From: a virus
Lineage: Duplodnaviria; Caudoviricetes
Length of the DNA stretch: 42,151 nucleotides
Reading direction: 5' to 3' (one strand)
IMG/VR virus record: IMGVR_UViG_3300037851_000436
Coordinates: 1-42,151 of that record
Made by a program: the position numbers and the translations under genes. Below, piece by piece: positions 8,705 to 16,798 of this stretch; the first letter of the stretch is position 1, and each line of letters begins with the position of its first letter. A model generated the notes under the pieces. It was not told the origin of the DNA. It did not search any database and saw only the letters and a program-made list of their open reading frames with translations.

Positions 8705-8862
8705 ACCTTCTCTAAAGTTCTATTTAAATCATTATTTTTTAATTTTGGCTTTAAAGCATATCTCTTAACATTGAAATTTCTACGCAACATATCAAAATAA
8801 TTACGCTCTGACTCCCCCTCACAATAAATATTAAGACAAATCTTAACTTCCCTTGTACACAT
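8653..8862 (-). pseudogene. rloB: Truncated RloB-like protein fused in frame to the last 16 aa of the Cas4-like nuclease
   Basis: LNIYCEGESERNYF is the RloB N-terminal motif; follows an RloA-type ATPase; about 53 aa then GLEQQNLVDCGVVTKD identical to the Cas4 C-terminus. Confidence 0.8.
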
Positions 8863-10039
8863 TTGGAAAACCCCCCAATACTCCCTCCTTGTAGTATTCC
8901 CCATAATTTTTATTTATTTTTGAATTAGACTTAACAATATCATGTAAATTAACAATATTACTTACGGCATCTTCCTTTTCAATAATATTTATTTGGTCAC
9001 TCCTCAAACAATTCAAAATCTCGGGTTGGTGAGTCGTAAACAATAATTGAGAATTTACCTCTTCACCACTAAAATAATCAAGAACAAACTTTACAATCTC
9101 TATATTAAAAGAATTTTCAATTTCATCAAACAAAATAACTGAATCTTGATTCATCTTTAATAAATTATAAAACATTGCAATAAATTTTCTAGTTCCACTG
9201 GACTCCGCAAGAATAGAGACTTTAAATAACTCATTATTATGCTTATGAACTAATACTAAATCCTGTATTTCCTTTTCTAAAATTTTTTGTTCAATAGTCC
9301 CAGAATTTTCTCCATTCGGGATTAATGAAATATGTTTTACTTGAGTTTTCACAAGTTCCAAATCAACAATAGAAAAATCAGCAAAACATAGTTTTTCTAA
9401 TAATTTTTCTTTCAAAAACTCATCCTTCAAATAAGAAAAATCAATAGGCAAAGTAAAAACCGCATTTAGAGAATACAATTTAGTAAAAAACTCAAATACT
9501 GGTTTCAAAACTTGAGAATTCAATTGAACTGCCCTTGACAAAAATAAAGTTTGTGGAATTACACTATCCTCAACAGATTTTAACTCTTTTTCATATTTTT
9601 CATTTTTAAAAGAAAAGGTTTGTTTTTTTCTAAAAAATAGTTCTTTAGGTTTCTGAGTTTCATAAACAAAGGCATACTCCTCTACAACTTCAATCTCAGT
9701 ATAAGAAAAACCATAAATATATTTCTTTCCTTCCGAAATAAAAGTTATTTCAAATTTAATAGGACCAGGGTTTTTTGCAAAGTTATTATATCTAATTTTT
9801 GTGTTAATTATATGATTCGTAGAATTTAGAACCATCGCCTTCATAAAATCAAGACCTTCAAGCAAAGAAGTTTTACCTGAACCATTAACTCCAACCAATC
9901 CAACAACTTTTAATAATTCAAAAGTCTTTTTTTTATTAACAAATTTCATACCTAAATGCTCCTTTGATTTCTTTTCAAAATCCAAGCTTTGTTCTTCTTT
10001 GTAGGAATTATAATTTTTTAGTTTAAAATTCAAAATCAT
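8843..10039 (-). CDS. RloA-type ABC/AAA_21 ATPase (defence-associated)
   Basis: N-terminal FKLKNYNSYKEEQSLDF, Walker A GVNGSGKTS, TLFLS, signature ESSGT, Walker B ILFDEIE, QLLFTTHQ, C-terminal YKEGVLGGFP. Confidence 0.9.
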   Translation of the reverse strand: MILNFKLKNYNSYKEEQSLDFEKKSKEHLGMKFVNKKKTFELLKVVGLVGVNGSGKTSLLEGLDFMKAMVLNSTNHIINTKIRYNNFAKNPGPIKFEITFISEGKKYIYGFSYTEIEVVEEYAFVYETQKPKELFFRKKQTFSFKNEKYEKELKSVEDSVIPQTLFLSRAVQLNSQVLKPVFEFFTKLYSLNAVFTLPIDFSYLKDEFLKEKLLEKLCFADFSIVDLELVKTQVKHISLIPNGENSGTIEQKILEKEIQDLVLVHKHNNELFKVSILAESSGTRKFIAMFYNLLKMNQDSVILFDEIENSFNIEIVKFVLDYFSGEEVNSQLLFTTHQPEILNCLRSDQINIIEKEDAVSNIVNLHDIVKSNSKINKNYGEYYKEGVLGGFPNVYKGS

Positions 10040-10059
10040 AATACTTAGTATCTTTGTTT

Positions 10060-10075
10060 ATTTATAAACTTTCCG
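10060..10075 (-). promoter_or_regulatory. Archaeal-type BRE/TATA promoter of the captured ATPase
   Basis: CGGAAAG-TTTATAAA about 20 nt upstream of ATG 10039. Confidence 0.7.
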
Positions 10076-10148
10076 ATATTTTCAACTTTCCTCAAGAAAA
10101 ATCATAGAAAACTTAAAAATAAACGTAAAAATCTAGATTATTTTTGAA

Positions 10149-10246
10149 TTTATCAGTTACCATTTTGGATAAATATGGTAATATCGCTTAGTATTTAATC
10201 TTTTGTTACTACTCCACAATCAACTAAATTTTGTTGCTCCAAACCA
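10149..10246. repeat. 98-bp perfect direct repeat, copy 2
   Basis: Identical to 8607-8704; here the duplicated start gives only MVTDKFKK*. Confidence 0.97.
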
Positions 10247-10920
10247 GTAGTATCAAAACAATGTTTCCTGAACTCACAGAATGAACAAGGATAATATTCA
10301 ATGTTTGCACCTTTGATTTTGTCAGGCAAGTCACTTAACTGGATTTGAGCGTACAATTTCTCAAAATCTTTCAAAATTTCTTTAACGAAGGACTCATCAT
10401 ACTCAACCTCAAACTCCTTCAACTCCGAGGTGTTTTTATTCTCATACAATAATATTCCTTTCTTTATGCCTGTAAAGTGCAGATATAATTGTAATTGTCC
10501 CTCGTGTTCTAATTTTGGTCTCTTCAAGTAATCTGTACCGTGTATTCCATTCCAATCTTTTTGTGATTTTATCTCTATAATATATGGTTCATTATCAATT
10601 ATACAAATACTATCTACATAACCGTGAATAGGGATTCCTTTGTACTCAGTCTCAATTCTAAACTCGTTCTTTATTTGAATTTTCATCTCATCAAATATCT
10701 TCTGCCATCTCTGATGTATAGCATCACCTAAATCAAATATCCTAAGTGTTGTCTCGGGAGTGTTTATACTTTCTACTTTCTTCCAACTATAATATACTTT
10801 TCTAGGACATTTGAAAGCATCAGTAGGACTTAGTGCAGTCTTTTTGTATTCTTCATTCTCTTTCTTACTTTTCTCTCTCATATAAGAGTTTAGTTTTAAT
10901 ATCAATCTATCTTTTACCAT
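10195..10920 (-). CDS. cas4: Solo Cas4-like PD-(D/E)xK exonuclease with Fe-S cysteines
   Basis: SPT...CPRK, G..IH, GYVD, IIEIKS, QLQLY, C-terminal CSFCEFRKHC. Confidence 0.9.
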   Translation of the reverse strand: MVKDRLILKLNSYMREKSKKENEEYKKTALSPTDAFKCPRKVYYSWKKVESINTPETTLRIFDLGDAIHQRWQKIFDEMKIQIKNEFRIETEYKGIPIHGYVDSICIIDNEPYIIEIKSQKDWNGIHGTDYLKRPKLEHEGQLQLYLHFTGIKKGILLYENKNTSELKEFEVEYDESFVKEILKDFEKLYAQIQLSDLPDKIKGANIEYYPCSFCEFRKHCFDTTGLEQQNLVDCGVVTKD

Positions 10921-10922
10921 TT

Positions 10923-12161
10923 TTAATTTATATTATATTGAGGTATAGTTCTAGTTATATGTATTCCTAACATAGACATATATTCAAAATATCTTTCTAT
11001 GACAATATCACATAACTCATTATACTCTTCTTGATCTTTTGCATATGCTTTCAAAATAAGTCTAAAATTACTCAAGTGATGATTCATACGATTATTTTTA
11101 TCTCCTCCAAGTATCTCTTGACTATTCCAAATCCAATCCTCTTTCCCTTTAAGTTCCTCATAAAATCTTTCTTTATAATACATTAAACTCATTACCCAGT
11201 CACGCAAGTCATCTTTGTGTCTAAGATATACTTCTCTATCATTCTCTATATCAAACTGTTCCAAGTTAATCCTACCACTGAAATATAACGGAAGAAATCT
11301 CTCTTTTGTTGCTAGTGTATATAAATTATCAAAATATTCTCCTCGTTTATCTTTGGATATATTAGGAGGCATATAATAACTTAACTCGTTATATATGAAG
11401 CCTATACTTAGTTTACTCAAATCATAATTATCTTTTGTTTTATATGTAGTACTTGTAAGTGCATTATTAAGTAAATCAGTTCTACCATCACTTGCTCCTC
11501 TAAATACATACTCTAATGTCTGTTTCTTTGCTATATCTAAATCCATCCACTCATCAATCACTAACAAGTCTTGTCCATCAAACATAGTCATTAGTTTTGG
11601 GTCACTCTTTGGACAATATACCTTTGCTGTTCTTGTTAAGTTACTTAGTACTTCTATAACCCCGTTCTTACCAAATCCAGCACCAGTACACACTCTCCAA
11701 TTATATTTTCCAACAAAACTCCCTATAATCAATAACTTATACACTAAGAATTGCTTTGGTTCTGTATGTTCAACATTGAAATAATTATCAACCAACTCCC
11801 TAAAGGTAAGTTTTTTCTCTGCGGGTATCTTGAAAGACTTCAAACCAGTGTTGGTTGGTATCATATATATCGCATTTTGGTACGGAAATTGTTCCATAGT
11901 TGCTATTTTTAATGGTAACATATCTCTAATATCTGTATTTCCAAGTAATTCAGGTAATATTACTTTCTCTTTTCCAACATTAACTAACCAGCCCTTTAAC
12001 TCGTCGTAAACTGACTTACCTCTACTATCCTGCCCTACCTTTTTCTTGAAATATTTTCTTTCCTGTAAATCATCAATGTCAATTATATTCTTATATTTCT
12101 CATTTTTGAAGTGGGATATAACTGAATAAGACCACATTTTAGGGCTAAAATTCATCATCAC
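10923..12161 (-). CDS. AAA+ P-loop ATPase, probable replicative helicase (divergent MCM-like)
   Basis: GAGFGKN, LLVIDEW, IGFIYN, ATKERF arginine-finger-like motif; replication context. Confidence 0.6.
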   Translation of the reverse strand: MMMNFSPKMWSYSVISHFKNEKYKNIIDIDDLQERKYFKKKVGQDSRGKSVYDELKGWLVNVGKEKVILPELLGNTDIRDMLPLKIATMEQFPYQNAIYMIPTNTGLKSFKIPAEKKLTFRELVDNYFNVEHTEPKQFLVYKLLIIGSFVGKYNWRVCTGAGFGKNGVIEVLSNLTRTAKVYCPKSDPKLMTMFDGQDLLVIDEWMDLDIAKKQTLEYVFRGASDGRTDLLNNALTSTTYKTKDNYDLSKLSIGFIYNELSYYMPPNISKDKRGEYFDNLYTLATKERFLPLYFSGRINLEQFDIENDREVYLRHKDDLRDWVMSLMYYKERFYEELKGKEDWIWNSQEILGGDKNNRMNHHLSNFRLILKAYAKDQEEYNELCDIVIERYFEYMSMLGIHITRTIPQYNIN

Positions 12162-12369
12162 CCACCTCCAATGTATCTAGACTAGAAAAAGTCTTGTTTA
12201 AAGCAGTTTCCTTTCGTCTAAATGGCATATTCTTTACTGGCTCACTCGCCTTAATCTTACAAAATTGCTTAGATACTACGAATTTTCCCTCTTTTTTCTT
12301 CAAAGTTATACCTACAAACAACTCTTGACCATCAGGAAATATTGATTCAATATCAACAAATCCTGTCAT
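12145..12369 (-). CDS. Hypothetical protein
   Basis: 74-aa ORF in operon, GAGGAG SD. Confidence 0.7.
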   Translation of the reverse strand: MTGFVDIESIFPDGQELFVGITLKKKEGKFVVSKQFCKIKASEPVKNMPFRRKETALNKTFSSLDTLEVGDDEF

Positions 12370-12370
12370 C

Positions 12371-12844
12371 TTACAGCAACTCCTCTAAATCTACATCAAT
12401 CATCTCCGGGTCTTCATACTTCTTCTTAGTACTTTTACTAGTGTCAATGTTACTATCCAAGTAATTACCCTTATTTCGTTCTAAATAAAACTTCACTCCA
12501 TTAATCTGATGCTTAATTCCTTTGTTATCTACATATGAATACATACTAGACTTTGCTCTAACAAGTTCTCCATTTAGTACTTTACCTGCTACCAAGAAAT
12601 CATACATAGTCTTTGTAAGCGTCAAGAAACATTCCTCCCCATCAACCTTAATCAAACAACTATATGCCTGAAATGACCTCCTTTGTCCATTCTTTATATG
12701 GTCTACAGTTTTAGGTGTGAACAACTTACAAAACTCAAAATCTAATGACTTGTCTCCAAGTTTACTATTTCTATTGTCCAATAGCCTAATTATTCTCTTA
12801 CCCTTACTCCTACTCACAGTTATATCGTCTAAGTTAATCTTCAT
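12371..12844 (-). CDS. Putative single-stranded DNA-binding protein
   Basis: Beta-rich basic core with acidic C-terminal tail (EDPEMIDVDLEELL), next to helicase and nuclease. Confidence 0.45.
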   Translation of the reverse strand: MKINLDDITVSRSKGKRIIRLLDNRNSKLGDKSLDFEFCKLFTPKTVDHIKNGQRRSFQAYSCLIKVDGEECFLTLTKTMYDFLVAGKVLNGELVRAKSSMYSYVDNKGIKHQINGVKFYLERNKGNYLDSNIDTSKSTKKKYEDPEMIDVDLEELL

Positions 12845-13091
12845 TTTTTATGTCTTTAACCTCACATACTAACCCCAAATCTAAGTCTAGTTGATACCAG
12901 GTATTACTATTCTCCTCGTGAACCTCTATAAACTTCTCTGCTAATTTCACTTTTGGGTTCTTCTTGATTTGTTCGTGTATTTGTCTACATCGTTGCTTAT
13001 TTTCTATGTACCAAGAGTTATATTCCTCTTTAGTCCTGAAAAAGTCTCTTGCTTGTATTATTTCCATTTGGGTAAATATAGGTAATAGCAA
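12834..13091 (-). CDS. Hypothetical protein
   Basis: 85-aa ORF; start TTG 13091 or ATG 13067. Confidence 0.65.
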   Translation of the reverse strand: MLLPIFTQMEIIQARDFFRTKEEYNSWYIENKQRCRQIHEQIKKNPKVKLAEKFIEVHEENSNTWYQLDLDLGLVCEVKDIKNED

Positions 13092-13201
13092 TTAATATTA
13101 AATAATTATTGTTAACTTAATAGTAGTGAAAATTTGGGAATATAATACTACTAAATTTAGTAATATATTACTAGTAAATATAGAAGTAATATTTTATCTT
13201 T

Positions 13202-13508
13202 GTTTGGAAGCTCGCTTACGCTGTAAGCTCACTACCAAACCTATGGGGGAGTTTGGAGGGCTTAAGCCCCCCTATAGTCCCCCCGTAAATAGGGTCAATA
13301 GGAAATTTCTGCCTCTGTTATCATTTTGTATGTATTCCAACACACAATCAAACAGACATATGACCCCATTCCAAAACTCTAGTGAGTTTGTATGGGAATC
13401 ACCCCCGCCGTTCTTTCCGAGAATACCGCCGTCCTAAGAATACCTCAGTTGTAACGCCCGTAGAGTTCTTCATTGTTGATGCAATCTCCTCGAAACTCAG
13501 TCGTCTAT
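13202..13508 (-). ncRNA. Putative structured RNA (about 300 nt) with a K-turn
   Basis: TTTATAAA at 13532-13539 with GAAAG upstream on minus strand; at least six hairpins; K-turn at 13314-13356. Confidence 0.6.
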
Positions 13509-13622
13509 AACCAACTACAAGTATTCGCTTATTTATAAATCTTTCTAAAAATACAAGAAAAATTGGTGTTGTATCTGTTGGTAGTTATAAATTGTTAAAT
13601 ACTAATTGCTCTTATCTAATGT

Positions 13623-13889
13623 ATGTTTGAACAAAAAGACAAATGCATACAAATGGCGTTGTTATATCACAATATGTTACACGCAATGCCTAGTAAAGCC
13701 GAGAGACAAAAAATAAGAATGCTCAAACAACTCGCAAAAAATAAAAATTCTAGTTTGTGGGAAAAGACATATGCTTGTTCCAAAGAAGATTATGACAAGT
13801 ATATGAGTGACTGGATACATAGGAGCGTTATAGAGTTAATGCAATACATAAATAATTGGGAGACTGAAAATGGAAAGATTAGATATTGA
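13623..13889 (+). CDS. Hypothetical protein
   Basis: 88-aa ORF heading the plus-strand block. Confidence 0.75.
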   Translation: MFEQKDKCIQMALLYHNMLHAMPSKAERQKIRMLKQLAKNKNSSLWEKTYACSKEDYDKYMSDWIHRSVIELMQYINNWETENGKIRY

Positions 13890-14403
13890 AAATAAAGTTA
13901 ATGATGTTCTATTGAATATAATCGGATTTAATGATGACCAAATGGCTAAACTCAGGAATATGAAATATTATTCTTGTCCTGCTAGTACCAAATATCACGG
14001 TAACTTTGAAGGAGGACTTATAGCACACAGTTACAGAGTATATACTACTGCTCTAAAGATTAATGAAGCTCTAAAATTAGATTTGCCAATTAGAAGTATC
14101 GCAATAGCATCTTTATTTCATGACATAAATAAATTGTATGCATACAAGTATGATGGTAAGAAATATATCAAAGATGAAGAGATGCTTGGTGATGGTGACC
14201 TTAGTGTTAATATGCTAATTGCAAACTTCAAATTAGATTTGAATACTGGAGAATATTATGCAATAAGATACCATAATGTTTTTGAGGAAGTTTACAAGAC
14301 AGAAATATTCTCAAAATTATACAAGAATTTCAAGAAAGAATATTTATTATGTTGGCTCATACAAACAAGTGATATGTACAGTGCTACTGTATTGGAGATA
14401 TAA
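13870..14403 (+). CDS. HD-domain phosphohydrolase (YhaM-like HD subfamily)
   Basis: PASTKYHGNFEGGLIAHS, LFHDINK, AIRYH, QTSD. Confidence 0.9.
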   Translation: MERLDIENKVNDVLLNIIGFNDDQMAKLRNMKYYSCPASTKYHGNFEGGLIAHSYRVYTTALKINEALKLDLPIRSIAIASLFHDINKLYAYKYDGKKYIKDEEMLGDGDLSVNMLIANFKLDLNTGEYYAIRYHNVFEEVYKTEIFSKLYKNFKKEYLLCWLIQTSDMYSATVLEI

Positions 14404-14405
14404 AA

Positions 14406-14786
14406 ATGGAAGATAAAGATTATTTTATATTTACTGACATTGAACGAAAATTATTTTTATCTAATTTTGTAAAAGAAATGTATAATGAAGAAAAAGATAA
14501 ATATTTAAATATTATTTCAAAAAAATATATTAATAACTTTAGACATTTTGATTCATTCGTTAATTTAAAAGAAGATAAATGGTATTGTAGATTAATATTT
14601 TTGAAATTTCTTAAACATGATTTTGATACGTTATTAGTTAACTATAACTCATTTGAGAATTTTGTGAATACACAATATATATTAGATACACAAGAGATTA
14701 AGAATAAAAAAATTGAAATATTAAAAATTGTATATAATAGAGTTATTGAACATTTTGTAATAATAGATTTACTTGGAGAAGGGTGA
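14406..14786 (+). CDS. Hypothetical protein with shared C-terminal tail motif
   Basis: 126-aa ORF; ends RVIEHFVIIDLLGEG. Confidence 0.8.
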   Translation: MEDKDYFIFTDIERKLFLSNFVKEMYNEEKDKYLNIISKKYINNFRHFDSFVNLKEDKWYCRLIFLKFLKHDFDTLLVNYNSFENFVNTQYILDTQEIKNKKIEILKIVYNRVIEHFVIIDLLGEG

Positions 14787-14792
14787 TTAAAT

Positions 14793-15824
14793 ATGAACAT
14801 AGAACTAAAAAACTTTTATGACTTTCTTACACAAGGAAATACTGCTATTTATGGTACTGGATTACAAATTGGTAAAAGCACTCCACGAGTCTCCTTTGTC
14901 AATTCTTTTGAGGAATTAGAAAAATTAGTTCAGGGGGGTAAAATTACCCATATATCTTATAATCCTTACAAATCTTGTGATAATTTTAAGACAGAAAATT
15001 GTAAAGAAATAAATATGATTGGATTAGATATTGAGAGAACTGATAAAATAAAACCAGAAACAGTTGATAGATTAGTAGAATTAAATTGCTACATATTAGT
15101 ATTGACAGAGTTACTACATTTGAATGAATATATGTTACTTAGAAGTGGCAATGGATTTCACATGTATATTCCAATAACTCCAATAGAATTAAATGATACA
15201 AATAGAAATTTTTTAAGAGAAGGTTATAGAAATTTTATTAAAGGTATACATAATATCATAGCAAGTGACAAAAGAATAAAAGACAAATTTAAGTGTGATG
15301 ACAGATGTGATTTAGTTGGTATGCTTAGACTCCCGGGAGTAGTGAATCCAAGTGCTAATAGATTAGTAATTGTTGAAGATATAATTAGAACTAACACAGA
15401 AAAAAACACAGAAATACGAAAATGTCTACTAATTTCAGTAGAAAATGCTATAAAAGATATGAATTTCACTATCGGAAAGGTGCGACAACCAACATCGTTA
15501 CTACTTCCGAGTAATCCTGTGGAATTAAATTCACACCCTTTAGTGTTACTACTCATGGATGATACACTACCAAGAGTTAGTGGCTGGTATAGAACTGTTG
15601 TTTTTGCTCTCCAAACTATTGTTAGAGAATGTGGCTTTACTGATAAAGATGTTAGACAATTACAATATAGAATAAATAATAAATGGGATATGTGTGTTAA
15701 TTTAACAAAATGTTCCAAAGGAGATTTACATAGTGCATATTATGGTGCTATAAACTTTTGCAGGAAAAATGGATTTAACGAATATGAAAAACAATTATGT
15801 GGGTTGCTCACTAGTAAGATATAA
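14793..15824 (+). CDS. AEP-superfamily primase/primase-polymerase
   Basis: GLDIE (motif I), SGNGFHMY (motif II), D..GMLRLPG (motif III). Confidence 0.8.
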   Translation: MNIELKNFYDFLTQGNTAIYGTGLQIGKSTPRVSFVNSFEELEKLVQGGKITHISYNPYKSCDNFKTENCKEINMIGLDIERTDKIKPETVDRLVELNCYILVLTELLHLNEYMLLRSGNGFHMYIPITPIELNDTNRNFLREGYRNFIKGIHNIIASDKRIKDKFKCDDRCDLVGMLRLPGVVNPSANRLVIVEDIIRTNTEKNTEIRKCLLISVENAIKDMNFTIGKVRQPTSLLLPSNPVELNSHPLVLLLMDDTLPRVSGWYRTVVFALQTIVRECGFTDKDVRQLQYRINNKWDMCVNLTKCSKGDLHSAYYGAINFCRKNGFNEYEKQLCGLLTSKI

Positions 15825-16065
15825 CTATTACAAGATTAATAAGTTGAAGAAACTAGAACAACCGTATATAAAAGAATATAATGGTACTAAAGATAAAGTA
15901 AAGAAGAAAGAAATCTTTAAGATTATTGTTGAGTTTGAGAATAAGATATTAAATATACAGAATGAGAAGTATGAGAAATCTCATAGAAAGATTGAAAATG
16001 CGAATAGGAAAAAAGTATTTGAACGGAGGAAATTACACCGTGAACTCAAGAAACAAGGGAAGTAG
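15769..16065 (+). CDS. Hypothetical basic coiled-coil protein
   Basis: 98-aa ORF filling the gap between primase and resolvase. Confidence 0.6.
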   Translation: MDLTNMKNNYVGCSLVRYNYYKINKLKKLEQPYIKEYNGTKDKVKKKEIFKIIVEFENKILNIQNEKYEKSHRKIENANRKKVFERRKLHRELKKQGK

Positions 16066-16384
16066 AATTAGAAGATTATGTATTAATCTTTTAGAAGAAC
16101 AAGGATTTAGTGTTGCTGTTGTTGAGAGAACAGGAAGATTTATTCAGCAGAAAGATGCGTTTGGTGTTGGAGATTTACTTGCAATTAATAAGTATAGGGA
16201 TAAACCAGTACTAATACAAGTAACAACAAATAAACCACATACGCATTTATTATATAGTGAGTTCTCAAAGAATTATGCACACATTATAGATTTGTATCAA
16301 TATGTTTGGATTGATAGAAAAGGTTTTAAGATTTATCACTACTTGAAGTCTGGAAAATATGTTGTTACTCAAATAGAAAAATAA
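16040..16384 (+). CDS. hjc: Hjc-like Holliday junction resolvase
   Basis: GTG start with GGAGG SD; NSRNKG...L...GF.V, FGVGDLLAI, LIQV. Confidence 0.75.
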   Translation: MNSRNKGSRIRRLCINLLEEQGFSVAVVERTGRFIQQKDAFGVGDLLAINKYRDKPVLIQVTTNKPHTHLLYSEFSKNYAHIIDLYQYVWIDRKGFKIYHYLKSGKYVVTQIEK

Positions 16385-16419
16385 ATTTTATATACTTTCA
16401 AGAATTACAATATTTACCC

Positions 16420-16546
16420 GTGAGGGAGATGATTAAGCACCACAAGTGTTTATGATTAGATATTGATAGTTAATTGAGGATGTACTGGCGAGATATATTC
16501 TATTTATTGGTTAAATGGATGATGAATCCAGTACGCACTCCCGCAT
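16420..16546 (+). ncRNA. Putative multi-branch structured RNA (about 127 nt)
   Basis: TTTATATA at 16387-16394; closing stem GGGAG/CTCCC; inner stems TAAGCAC/GTGTTTA, GTACTGG/CCAGTAC, TCTATTTA/TAAATGGA. Confidence 0.55.
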
Positions 16547-16550
16547 AAAA

Positions 16551-16694
16551 ATGATATGGTCTAAATATTGTATTGATGAAACAAAAGGATTTGATTTGGT
16601 TGAACAAACTAAAACACTAAAGCCAAGAAAAATAGGCAGATATGTACTAACTCTAGAAGAATGTAATGAAATATTAAAAAAAAGGATGTACTAA
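16551..16694 (+). CDS. 47-aa hypothetical protein
   Basis: MIWSKYCIDETKGFDLVEQTKTLKPRKIGRYVLTLEECNEILKKRMY. Confidence 0.5.
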   Translation: MIWSKYCIDETKGFDLVEQTKTLKPRKIGRYVLTLEECNEILKKRMY

Positions 16695-16772
16695 ATGAAC
16701 AAAGGATTATTTTTGTTGTATGTATTTATTTCATTTCTTGTGATTAGTTTTATTACAATTCAAAGTCACTAA
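16695..16772 (+). CDS. 25-aa membrane peptide
   Basis: MNKGLFLLYVFISFLVISFITIQSH; starts directly after the upstream stop. Confidence 0.35.
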   Translation: MNKGLFLLYVFISFLVISFITIQSH

Positions 16773-16798
16773 ATAATTATTTTATTTATCTTTGTATC

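Larger units (their letters stand above)
8705..10148 (-). mobile_element. 1444-bp captured insert (moron-like) between 98-bp direct repeats
   Basis: Removing the insert and one repeat rejoins cas4 directly to the 8346 gene; carries own TATA promoter; no transposase or integrase. Confidence 0.8.

Noticed and set aside
10195-10920. CRISPR-Cas locus
   Set aside because: Cas4-like gene is solo; no repeat-spacer array or other cas genes seen
13258-13269. GGGCTTAAGCCC as pistol ribozyme or IS200/IS605 end
   Set aside because: Simple palindrome; pistol pseudoknot order absent and no TnpA/TnpB gene
13126-13437. 103-aa plus-strand ORF
   Set aside because: Lies over the GC-rich hairpin region with atypical composition; better explained as RNA/DNA structure
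16482-16534. Hammerhead ribozyme core
   Set aside because: CUGGCGAG is not CUGANGA, is paired in a stem, and GAAA is missing
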